Positions 25,437 to 37,252 of a stretch of 64,000 bases of DNA are shown here, piece after piece. The stretch comes from the human T2T-CHM13v2.0 reference genome, Homo sapiens. Made by a program: the position numbers and the translations under genes. Location: NCBI RefSeq assembly GCF_009914755.1, contig NC_060936.1; one strand, 5' to 3'. The notes beneath the pieces were generated by a model, which was not told where the DNA came from, did not search any database, and saw only the letters and a program-made list of their open reading frames with translations. The stretch's first letter is position 1. The number at the start of each line of letters is the position of its first letter.

Positions 25437-26800
25437 CATAGAAAGTTAGAGTTGGTAGGAACTTTAGAAACCTATACGACTTTCAAATGGGAATGCCCCG
25501 GCCCAGAGGAATCAGGTGACTTACCAGCTGATCACACAGCCAGTGGCAGAGCTAGGACTGGGATTCAGATTGCTAAGTTCAAACACAATACGCTTCCCAC
25601 CACCTAGGTTTCAACTTACTGATAATAGAATACTTGTACAAATGATTTCATTTAGGAACTATTTTTTCCTGGTAGGCAAATTACTTTGTTAAATAAGATT
25701 TTAAGGTTTGGACTACATATTTCACATACTTTATGGGGAAAACTCTGGATGCTTCTCAAGAACAAATATGTTAAATTATTAAAAAATAAGAATTTAATCT
25801 CTATTTCTCCTCCTTCTAGTGATGATTAAATAATGAGGGCATTGTGCAAAATACTCTACTTATACTATTTCAATTTATCTTTATTGAAATCTTAGAGGGT
25901 AGATCTCATTATTCCCATTTTAAAGATGAGGAAGAAGAGAAAGATGTTAAATAAATCTACCAAAGTCACCCGATAATAAGTTACATAGCTAGGATTCAGA
26001 TTGGTTTATTTGACCAGAAAGTCTTTTTTCCTTTCAACTATGACAAGCTGTTTCACATATTTCATTTCTGACGTCACAGAATAACCTGTAGAAATGTAGA
26101 GGAAGAAGAAGTCAGAGATGAATCATTTTAGGCATAATATTTCTACTGGAAAATATGTCAAGCATGTGAGTAGAAATGTTCCTTGGGTAGGGGTGGATAA
26201 AGGGAAAATTCAAGGCATCAAAACTGAACTGTCAATGAAACCTGTAATTAATGTAAAAAAATCATCAGTAAGTTTAAGTAGACAAAAAAAAAAAAAAAAA
26301 AAAGAAGGAGATGGGAAGATTTGAGGAGAACCAGGGCAGGACAGTGTCAGATATCTCACATTAAGAAGAAAGTGAAGGAAGAGAGGCTATTGAACTAAAT
26401 TTTGTACTGGAAACAAATCTTACTCATTTTGTATCATTAGTACCTAATCTGCATTAAATAATTAACAAATATGTGTAAAAATGAAAACTTTGGAATTGAC
26501 AGTGGAAAGCATTTTAAATAGAATTTTGAGGACAATGATAGGATGTAAGTCTATCAAATATGCCTAGTTTCATAATAGTCTACCTACCGGTTTGAAAAAT
26601 AATAGCCAACATTAATTGAGCACTTGCTATGTTTCAGGCTGTTCTAAATAGTTTGTAGGCAACACTGCATTAAATTCTCTCAACAAATTTATGATATGAG
26701 TACTATTTTGATCTCCATTTTTAAATGAAGAAAATGAGGTTTAGAAGCCACACAGTAAGGGGCCCACTGGATTATTAGGAGCAATCACTCTTAACCACTG
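25437..26800 (-). mobile_element. Cluster of MIR-family SINEs (MIR3 ~25437-25605; MIR ~25835-26050 and ~26598-26800) with L2 pieces between
   Basis: TAGAAAGTTAGAGTTGGTAGGAACTTTAGA, CCCATTTTAAAGATGAGGAA and CCATTTTTAAATGAAGAAAATGAGGTTTAGA cores. Confidence 0.75.
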
Positions 26801-28089
26801 ATTTCACCAAGGAAGAAGAAATGTTATAAGAAGGAATTTAGTTCACTTTTTTTTTTCACCTAGCACAGCACTTGGCAGGTATTTAATAAATGTTGGATAA
26901 AGTTTTAAGTTATGTTTTATTAAGGATTGGGTCCATGGAGATGCAGAATAGCACAGGGGAGTCTTCAGAGGATAAAGTAGATGATGCTAAAGAATGAAAA
27001 GAAACAGCAGAATCAAGAAGCCTCATCAAGTGAAAAATAATCTATGCCTGAGCATGGATAGACAAGGCAACTTTTTGTGAGAAATACTTCATCATCTATT
27101 GCTATGGTTCATCACGTGTTGAATTTCAGAAATCTGTACAAGAAAGTTACATTTATAATGGCCATGAAACCCAAGAAAAAATTCCTTATTCCTAAAGTTT
27201 ATGTTTTGCAATCATCTGTTTCAAAAAGTTTCAAATGTGAAGCATATTGTTAATAGTGTATAACCATAAAATTTTCAATAGTAAGTTATTGAAACAAAGT
27301 AGATGATGCAAGAATTACTTAGGGGTATGTGTGTACGTGTGTGTATAGGAAGAGTCATATTGAACTATTAAATGCAAAAATATTTTTGTTAAAATTGTTG
27401 GATGCTAAAATATATATGCAATTGCCTTGATATATTTGAGCAAGTGTTCACTTTCTATGTCAAATATAGGTACATGTTTATTTAATATTTATTGAGTTTC
27501 TGTTATATGCCTGATATCGTGCCCGGCTCCAGGATGTCTCTATAATTTTAAAATAAAAAAATTAAAAACCTGCTAGTTACAGTTTGTTAAACCTTTTGTT
27601 TATAAACTCTGGAAATATGTAGTGTTCCTATTTTTCCCCAATTGGAGAAAGTCGATAGCTAATTCTTGTAAATGCATATAAGTTATTGTCAAATATTTTC
27701 TGAATGTTAGATAAAATACATTGTAGCCCCAAACCATCATTTATAATATTAATCATTAGTTGTCAGAAGCTGAATAAAAAAATATAGTTTATCTTAATTT
27801 TTGAAAAAACGTTTTAAATCTTAATTCTAATTTTAAAATAGCTATATCATTAGCTCACACAAATATTCTATCCAAGTACATAAGCCATACCCTCTCAGAC
27901 AATGGGCTTAACTCATGGACTGAATTAAAAGTTAGATAGGAATATGAAAAGACAAACTTACTTAAGGAACATCAGTAGTTATTTCTACAATAAACGTCTT
28001 TTTCAATCACTACTATTCCAACAGAGGTTGAGGGCTCAGGAACATTAATCTAATTCAGTATTTTGGAAGTATTATAAATTAACACACAA

Positions 28090-28500
28090 ACTGAGTCACC
28101 TCCCCTACGTACTCCTTAGTTTATATTCTCTAACTCATAAAAAGCACCGTCAACCTTTGGGCTTTTTTTAAATGGCAACCTCAAGCTATTCTGAAGTCCT
28201 CATCCTTATTCTCTCCTCAGCCAATCAAATGTGAAATTCTGTCAATTCAGCTTCTGAAAACTGATAACTTGCATTTGTTTCTCCACTTCTTCCTTAATTT
28301 GAATGTTCACCCTCTAACCTGGACTAATGCAGAGTCATTAACAGCTCTCCCTCTCTTTGGTTTACTCTGTTCCTTCCAGTCCATCCTAAATGCACGCGTG
28401 TCCTAAACCTGACTTGTCACTCCGTGCATAAAGGCATTTTAAGTTCCTCTACTGTTCAAAGAATTTGGACCATCCTTTTAATACAATTCATATAGAGAGA
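28090..28500 (+). mobile_element. L2 fragment
   Basis: CCAATCAAATGTGAAATTCTGTCAATTC...CCTGGACTAATGC...CCTTCCAGTCCATCC. Confidence 0.6.
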
Positions 28501-28949
28501 CTCATGGTTTCTGCATGGGTCTTCTCATATCCAGGCATTAATAAAATAACTGACATCACTTTAACTAAATATTTTTACGACAAAATTCTTACTAATGCAT
28601 ACTTATTAAATATTTAGAATTACTCCAATTATAGTCCTAAACTCCTTTAGAAATATATGTGTTCATAAACATGTACATTACATTTATATGTATATACATT
28701 TACATTTGATTTTGTTTTAAGAAACTTAGGAGTGTGCTCTAAATTGTCGTATTAATTCAAAGTTGGTCATCTTATTAGGCTGCAAAAAATGTGGCCTAAA
28801 TACCCTAGTTTATAATTCAGCAAAGTGCTTGGAAGAGGCACAGTAGGAATGATGAATGGTAAAGATGGGATTATTACTCAAGTCTCATTTGTGACAGTTG
28901 ACTTCCGTGATATTTATCTTACATTTTTCTTTTTGGCTGTGTGTGTGAG

Positions 28950-30200
28950 TGTAATACACTTTATATATTAGCATTGGTCCATCTATTATTATATTGGCAG
29001 CAGGAGATTTTCATTGATTAGTTTCTCTCTATTTGCTTTTTCTTTCTCTAAACCTTCATGCTGTAATGCAGAAGATTTATTTTCAATGATTTATTAAAAT
29101 GTAATTCTAAGGTGACTCCTTATCAAGGAAGTAATCTGCAGGCTATCTTTGTTTAAACTTGCAAGCTGCTTTGTCAAGGAAAACTGCCTATGAAATTTTC
29201 ATTATAATAGACAGCTTTTCATAATGAATGAAAAACAGCTATTATGATTGAAAACAAATTGCTCTGAAACATATTCTTTGAAACAATGTGCTGCTTAATT
29301 GTATTTTGGAGGAGGGGGAGGTGAAGGCAATTCTGTTTAATTGGTTACATTTTTCAGTTCTATAAATTAATTTGCACTACCCAATATCACTTAATTTTTC
29401 CCTAGGAAAGCTTTTGCTTGCCCTAGCAATATTATAACTGCTAATTCAATTACACTGAAATTGTTTAATAGAAAATATAATTGCTTATTCATACAGAATA
29501 CCCATTAAAGAAGTGCAAAAGCGTGAACCCGAGGGTTACTGCATATTAATACTTTGGGAATAAAGATGGGAATGTTGTGCAGCGAAGGTGCCAGCTGATC
29601 TTTAATTGTTCATCACCTGCCTCCAAAATAATATGAATGGACCCAAACTAAATGACCACTCATTACAAGTTTCAATTTAGGAGCTTGGCTGGGGTCAGCA
29701 GATTGCTTATGCTGATCGCAATGATTTGAAGTTGTGATTACCATAAGCAATTTAAATTTTATTGATCTCTCCTTCTGAAAGTTGTAATTGAGCATAGATG
29801 TTGGACCCAGAGTTCTCCAAACTAAATTGTACTCTGAAGCCCTTGCTGGATTCCTGCAAGAATCAATAAGCAGTCAGTCACATTAACAATGAAATAGGTC
29901 CATTAACATACGATGCTATTGGTGAAACTTTATTTAGGAAGGGTGTTAGTTCACTTCATTGCTTTATCAATGAATCTTGGCTGTACAAGGAAAAGTATTG
30001 CTTTAATATGTGTAATAAGCTTGTATGAAAATGAAATTATATATTATAAACATGGAATATCAGTAGGTAGGCAGTTGAGTATTTATATGAGAGTTATTGT
30101 GACTCATATCATCATTTTACTGTAAACAGAGGTTTCATATGACTGGAATTGCAGCTTGCCTGCTGCAGTGCTTTGCAGTTATTCGGAATTTTTATTCTTC
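28950..30200. promoter_or_regulatory. Putative conserved non-coding element / developmental enhancer
   Basis: No recognisable repeats; dense TAAT/ATTA, AACAAT, ATCAATA and CAGCTG motifs; conservation inferred, not measured. Confidence 0.5.
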
Positions 30201-31401
30201 TTTATTAGATACAAGGTTTCCCTCCATCAAGGTTAAGTACATCTTGAAGTCTCCATGTTCAGTGATAAGTAGTGGCTTGTTAGGAAAGCTATATGACCTA
30301 TCCTGCTGAGCTGAGAGCAGGGAATTCTTACAGAAATCTAAGTAGTTCCAAGCTATCTGAGGCAGAATTTCATACCCAGAGCACTGCTGAGCCTTGTTAG
30401 CAACCCTGGCCTACCTATTATCATCAAATTAGAAAATGCTTTAAACGACAAAAGTCTATTAAAACTTTATGATAGACAGGACATTGGGAATAAGATTTGT
30501 CCATTTTGAAGGCAATTAAAGAAATTATTCTGTTTATTTTTCTAAATTTAATCAGTTATTATTTGGTTCTTCCATTCACTTCCTTTCTACTTCCTAATAG
30601 AATGATGGATAGTAAACTCTTGAAGATTCCCAACCTCCTGGAAATTTTAAATCTCAAGAAGTGTGGGTATAATAATATCATCACCTAAGAAACTTGTGGC
30701 TAATACCATGAGCTTCAAAGCCTCTAAATGACCTACGGCATGGATTCTTTAACTTGGTACAATGTGGTGAATGAGGAAGAAAATGGAATCAAGAACCTTT
30801 CCATTCAATATTTATTACCCTAGTTAGTAGAGATAAACATTATTTCCTTTCTCCCTTTGGTTAGCCTGAGTTACAGATGATAATCTCCTTTAAGTGATCC
30901 AAGTCATAGGTCATGGATCCTGCAGCCCTTTATTATTTAAGAATTAATTTAATAATGGTACACATAGACAAATTTTATTTTTGGATCTTCCTTGCTGAGT
31001 AACAATGTCTAGTTCAACTGGGGTCGAGAATGACCAAGAGGTGGGAACAGAATGTCAGATCAAGGGCCAGGGAGTAAAGTAGAGAATCTTATCTTGATCC
31101 AGAGAGTGCTGCAGGTTTTTACTAGAGTGTCACACAGAGTAACTCTGGAACTCAGCTTCTCAACCACATCTTTTGCTCTCATGACCTTGATATATACAAT
31201 GCCCAGCAGGAATTTAACTTTGCGTATGGCCTGGATTGCATGTCTCTCCTTATGGGAAAGTCTCCCGTGGCGGTTTTGCTTAAATGACCTAAAAGAGGAA
31301 TAATGACCCACATAGAGATATGGAAAAGGCATATTTTAGAAATCTGAATGCTACATTTTAAAACCTTCTGTCTTGTAGAAACAGAAGGTTAATGGATTAA
31401 A

Positions 31402-31563
31402 AATGTGACTTAATCTCTCTATGCCTCACTTTCCTCAGTGGTATAAGAACAATAGAACATACTCTTATAGGAATGACATTGGGATTAAATAAAACAGTCC
31501 ATGTAGGAAATTTAGTATAGTGCCTGGCACAGAATGAAGTCTTAATAAAGGTTAGTTGTTATT
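31402..31563 (+). mobile_element. MIR SINE
   Basis: GACTTAATCTCTCTATGCCTCACTTTCCTC...AGTGCCTGGCACAG...AATAAAGGTTAGTTGTTATTA. Confidence 0.85.
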
Positions 31564-33228
31564 AGAGTGTCATATGTCTGGATAGCCTTGGATAGCCCTG
31601 GTGTCTTATTAACAGTGTGGCAGTGCAATGTTTGGATGAAAACCTAAATGTCCACTTTAGCTATTATCATTCAATGAAGCAGTGAGTGGAGAGCATGGCA
31701 TATACATTTTCTGCTGGAGGAATCGGGAATGGGAATGGAGAGAGTGCTTGAAGACTTGTGGCTGGTGGGAGGGTTAGAGTTCACGGAAGGCCAAGGTGAG
31801 GTGTGCTATCCAAAACATAGATAGGTCTCTACAAGATGGGAAGTTGCTGACTATTTTCTCTTACATATTCCTACCTTCTTTAAAGATTTTGGTTCCCCTT
31901 CGAATGGTCTCTGTTCTGACCAGGCATCCTCCTCTGAGTACATTCCCACTCGGCTTGAGCCTGCCTAGGGCTTTTGTGTAGGCATCTAATTCAGGTCAGT
32001 TTTTTTTTTTTTTTTGAAAAATATTTTATATTCTTGGTGGTGGTGTTAATCACCTCCAGTTTAATAACTTCTAACTCATTCTCTACGCTCCATCATCAAC
32101 AATGTTAGATCTAAATTCAGGCTATATTGTAATAGCCTTGTTTTTAAAAACAGGTAGTTATTGAGTAGATGATTAAATGAATTAACCCTCATAAGCGCAT
32201 GTGTGTTTTAATAGATGTCAGGTGATGCAGTCCCTTAACCTTAACAAAATACTCTTAAATGGTAACTTTAGGCTTTATAGCAGGCTGTTAAAGGAGATAC
32301 TATAAAGCAAGAAACTTTCTGGGTATCTCTTAAATCATACGGTATTAGTAATTATGTGACCTTTTTGCAGAGTGGAAAAGGCTTAGGAGAAGATTCAGAG
32401 GAAGATATAGAATAAATGAGTGAAGTGGATGTGGAGCACATTAAGAGTGAGACAAAATAGAAGTGATAAAGTAATAGAAACAACAACAAAGACTATAGAG
32501 TAGAGTGCTTTGGAGACAACTAAGTTAAGAGGATAATGGGTTATTTCAATAAATTGGAATATTGGAAAAGAATGCCCAAAGGAAAAAAAAAAAAAAGCAC
32601 ATCATAACATCACTGACCTTGTTCAAACTCAGGCTGCCTAGGTTACTTATGGCATTAAAGATGCAAATTATTATTAATCCATAGATACCCTGAACACTAA
32701 GGGGATTTAAATTAATTATTTTTCTGCATTTGACTTATATAGTTATTCTATATTACTTAACTTCTAGATCTTGTCAGACTCACTAAGGTACATCATTCCA
32801 AACAGTTTATCAGACGTACAACCAGAATGGTTTTCCAAGCACTTCTTATGCTAACACTTGCCTGCCAAAGATGATCCTTTATGACTCTTGGATGTTTTAA
32901 AGCATGTCAATTTATTATTAAGTCAATATTTTGTCTTGGCACCAACAATATAAAAACTCTCTAGGAAAAATAGGTTCTTTGGATAAGAGTCTGTTTCTAA
33001 ATAAACATGAGAAGGGGTTTGAACCCATGAGAAAAAAACATTTCAACTCTCCTTGAAAAACACATGTGCTTTTCTTGCTTTCCAATTATTAGCAAAAAAC
33101 AGAATATTAATATGTGTCTCAATTATCTCACAGGAACATTGACAGAATAATTGAAACAACCTGTACCCAGAACAACTACACCAAAACAATTGGTTGTTTT
33201 TCCTGGGTATGACCTTAAAGACACCATA

Positions 33229-33269
33229 ATCGTCTTTATCATGTATTATCGTCTTTATCATGTATTATC
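33229..33269. repeat. Perfect 19-bp tandem duplication
   Basis: ATCGTCTTTATCATGTATT twice, then ATC. Confidence 0.95.
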
Positions 33270-34109
33270 CCCAACCACCTTTTAATCTTACTTGGTTTAC
33301 CAAGATGATTAGTTGGCTTGAAATAGCTATTCCTAACAATAAAGTATGACACTGAATTCCGGATATACCTTGTTTCATGTGATTTGAGGATATATGAGAA
33401 GCCTGTTTTCCTAAGGTCTCATCACCCACAGATAATCTGACTGAGGATATGGATCTGAACAGCTGGAAAAAAAACCTGTGATCAGCAATCACACACTTTA
33501 TGTTAATTTGCTCCCCATCTCACCTTAGATACTACTTCATTATTAAAAGTACATTTTCAGAAAATTGGGATACTGTATCTACATATGTAGATATGAATAT
33601 GTTTCATTTTCTAGTTGTTTGGAGCTTTTGCAAGCATTTTGCATCAGTTAAATTTTTAAACTTCCAACCAACCTTCTTCAAGGAACAGGGTGAATATACT
33701 ATTTTTAAACAGATGAGAAATTTCAAGTAAAAAGATGACTTTCATAAGGTTATAATAAGTCCATAGAGACCTTCTAGTTCTTGATCCATTAATATAATCT
33801 ACAGAGGACAGCATTTGCTGTCTTGTGTAACACAAGCAAGTACATAAGATAAAATAAATAGTACATCAATGAACTCTAAGTCTTTATGAAACCCATCTTT
33901 TTAGAATGTATAAATGCATTAATATTAGGGTTCATTAAAAGATGCACTTTACCCCCCAAAAAAAAAACTAGGAAAAACCTTTGTTGAAATTACAAACTAC
34001 AGAAATTCTGAAGTCACAATTTTTGCTGAGATAATAGAAAGAATCCTGGCAGAAGTTGTTCTAGATGCAGATTCAAATCAATTGTTTATCTTATCTTGAT
34101 TTGATCTTC

Positions 34110-34270
34110 ATTTAGTGGCAGGGTAAGCATCATCTTTTTATAATGTAGAAAACTGAGACACAAAGAAAAGGAAAGTGGTAACTTTCCCAAGATCACGTGG
34201 TGGCTAACTATAAACTAGAAATAATACTCAGATCTCCTAGCTACAGGTTTGGCGTTGTTTCTACAACATT
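34110..34270 (-). mobile_element. MIR fragment
   Basis: AGAAAACTGAGACACAAAG...TAACTTTCCCAAGATCAC. Confidence 0.7.
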
Positions 34271-34592
34271 TCAGGAAAGTGTGATGAGATTTTATTCCTC
34301 TTATGGTGAAGCTTTGCTATTCTTTCACTTCCTTTGTGACTGATAACTTTGGCAAATCTGATATACCCGCTGTAGACTAACTTACATGTCTTCTTTGTTC
34401 TCTCCCACCCTTTCTCTCTCTTGAAGATCTTCTAATCTAAAACTTAAAGGGTAGTTGAGCAACACTTCATTTTTACTTGTCAATCTATTTTTTAATGTTA
34501 TGTTGTTTCTTAAAAAACTAAGCAAAAGGAAAGGCAGAAAATTAAGAGACTAATACTGCTTACCTCTCCCCTTACCTTACCCCAACACCTAG

Positions 34593-34753
34593 TTTTCTTT
34601 TTTTAGAGATGAGGTTTTCTCCGTCAACCTAGGGTGCAGTGGTGCTATCATGGCTCGGCTCACTGTGGCCTCAAACTCCTGGGCTCAAGCCATCCTCCTT
34701 GCCTCAGCCTCCCAGATAGCTAGGGTTACAGGTGTGCACAACCATGTCCAGCT
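34593..34753 (-). mobile_element. Free Alu monomer (FRAM/FAM-like)
   Basis: Single right-arm-like unit preceded by a T-tract. Confidence 0.85.
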
Positions 34754-34838
34754 TCACTTTTTTCTTAAGAGAAAGAGATTGGCAATAATTTTTTTAAAAG
34801 ACCGGTGAAGAACATTCGCTGTGAGGTAGTATATGCTC

Positions 34839-35022
34839 TGGGGGTGGGGGGAGGGAGGGCATCAGGAAGAAGAGCTAATAGATGCTGGGCTTAATACCTA
34901 GGTGATGGGATGATCTGTGCAGTAAAACACCATGGCACACGTTCACCTCTGCAGCAAACCTGCACATCTGGCACATGTACCCGTAACTTAAAATAAAAGT
35001 TGAAGAAAAGGAAGAAAAAAAA
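34839..35022 (+). mobile_element. L1PA (mid-age, approximately L1PA8-13) 3' terminus
   Basis: G-tract, GCTGGGCTTAATACCTAGGTGATGGG...AAACCTGCACAT...AACTTAAAATAAAAG and A-rich tail. Confidence 0.9.
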
Positions 35023-35379
35023 GAAATCAGTGAGGCAGAGTTTTTTTTTTTAAGCAGAAAAAATATTTTGCTCTTAAAAATAGATTCTACTTTGATCCTT
35101 TGATCTATATGAATATTGAGCCTTTACACTTGCTTCCATATTTTCTACCCTACGTAGTGTGAAAATAAGGCACAAGACATTCACTAATAAGCCTGTTTTG
35201 TTGTCTAAATACAGCTCATCTTTGCTTCTGCCTCTTGGTCAATAACTACCACAACATATTTGAAAAGAAAGATTACTTTAACGTTAAATGCTTTTTCGAA
35301 TTTCAAAGTATCTTCTCTGTGATGATAGGAAGTCATAAAGTATATGACTGGCTATCACATCATTATCTTTGGAGGCCAC

Positions 35380-35610
35380 AGGGCATGGTTGTTAAGAAGC
35401 ATATTTGGACTCAGTAGGCTGGGTTCGAATGGCAGTTTCATTACTCGTTGACTATTGAAATGTGAGCCAGTTACTTGACTGTTATACTTCATCTGTGAAG
35501 TGGGTATACAAAGACTTTATAAGTCATAAGAATTATGGGAAATAATTTACATAAAAGATTGTTTTTTAATAGATCCTGCACATAGTGAATGGTCAACCGC
35601 AGTTACTATG
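35380..35610 (+). mobile_element. MIR SINE
   Basis: GGCATGGTTGTTAAG...CTGGGTTCGAAT...TTCATCTGTGAAGTGGG. Confidence 0.75.
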
Positions 35611-36029
35611 AAACACTAAATGTAGCGGGAACACAAAGTACCATTTATTTCATTACATTTCCGCCCATTTTCATGTTATCTAATGCTGCAGACAGGCAAA
35701 ACTTCCAAGCTTCATCTTTCTTTTCTCTGGCTGGTAGCAAATAGAGAAAAATTTTCTGTTGTTTTTCTTCCTTTGAAAGGAATGGGTAGTTTTTTCTGGT
35801 GAAAGAATGATTTCTTTCACCCTCACTGTGATTTAGTTTCAGATAATAATATGATTGAAAAATTTAAATCTAAGAGCCTGTAATACATAATTAGCCATGG
35901 GCTGTGTGTGTTTCACCAAAGGGCAAGTGTCATGTTCAACCAACAAGCTATTAATTGTTGAAATCACAGAATAAAGCAAACTAGCCTTTTAGAACCATGT
36001 AGTAGTCCCTGGATTCCTATGCAAAGGTA

Positions 36030-36215
36030 CTCACCTATATTACTGTAACCAATAACATCACAATTTCAGTGCCTTAACATAATAGTCATGTTTCCTCTTC
36101 AAGTGACAGTGAGTTCAATGTTCCTGAATGGCATGAGGTTTTAGGTAATAATTCTGATAACTGAGATTCTTCCATCTTGTGGCCCCTCCATGCCCTAGGG
36201 CTTCATAGTCCTTTG
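36030..36215 (-). mobile_element. Old MLT1 (J/K-like) LTR fragment; a second, complementary fragment lies at ~37555-37690
   Basis: CTGTAACCAATAACATCACAATTTCAGTGCCTTAACATAATAG and TTCCATCTTGTGGC; second piece TTCTGCTCACATTCATTGGC...GGAGGCTGGCAAGCATAGT. Confidence 0.6.
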
Positions 36216-36788
36216 CAATGTATGTAACAAGCTTAAATAAATTTTTCAATAACTTATACACATAACGCCAGGGAAACTCTGAAAAACAAAGACCTTTTGA
36301 TTCCCATCTGACTGCTTTCTATGGGCTCATGCCTCATTTCCCCTTGTGCACACGTATTTACCTGACACAGCAGTGCTCTGTGTTGTTTATACTTGGAATA
36401 ACAAACTAGAAATACTGTACTCCTGTACCAACACTGCCTCTGAGAAGAGAAGTGTGCATGACCAGCCAGGTCTCCAGATGTAACCTAGGTGTGAGACTAA
36501 AAGCTTTCTTTATTGACTTAAATTTGAGTAATGGCAAGAGGAGGGGTGGTGGTATGGTTTGTGCTTGTACAGGGAAGAAGAACTCTACTGACTTGTAGGA
36601 AATAATTTTTGACTGAATCCTTTTGAACTCAAAACAGTTATGAAAAGCAAGGTGAAGTATATGGAGCTGTTTCTGTCTACATTTAATTCTGACGAACCTA
36701 CATTTTATGGGAAAGTAGGACCAATCGGATTCAACTCTAGCCACAACCTATATTTGAAGGCCTAGGTTTAACTGGTTAACATTTAAAT

Positions 36789-37252
36789 CAGAGGTCCCCA
36801 AATCCCGGCCAGTTGACCGGTACTGGTCCATGGCCTGTTAGGAACTGGATCGCATAGCAGGAGGTGAGCGTCGTGAGTGAGCATTGCCGCCTGAGCTCCG
36901 CCTCCTGTCAGATCAGCTGCAGCATTAGGTTCTCATAGGAGCCGAACCCTATTGTAAACTGCACGTGACGGATCTAGGTTGCACGCTCCTTATAATAATC
37001 TAATGCCTATAAGGTGTCACTGTCTCCTATCACCCCGGATGGGACTGTCTAGTTGTAGAAAACAAGCTCACTGATTCTACATTATGGCGAGTATGTAATA
37101 ATAATAGAAATAAAGTTAGCAATAAAGTGCACAATAAATGTAATGCATTTGAATCATACCCAAATTATCCTCCTCCTTCCCCCACCCCAATCTGTGGAAA
37201 AATTGTCTTCCATGAAAGTGGTCCCTGGTGCCAAAACCCTTGGGGACTGCTG
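36789..37252. mobile_element. MER1A (hAT-Charlie) non-autonomous DNA transposon
   Basis: TIRs CAGAGGTCCCCAA and TTGGGGACTGCTG; perfect 8-bp TSD ATTTAAAT (36781-36788 and 37253-37260). Confidence 0.95.

Noticed and set aside
31362-31390. 10-bp stem hairpin AACCTTCTGT / ACAGAAGGTT
   Set aside because: Within chance expectation and too short for a pre-miRNA; bacterial terminator logic does not apply
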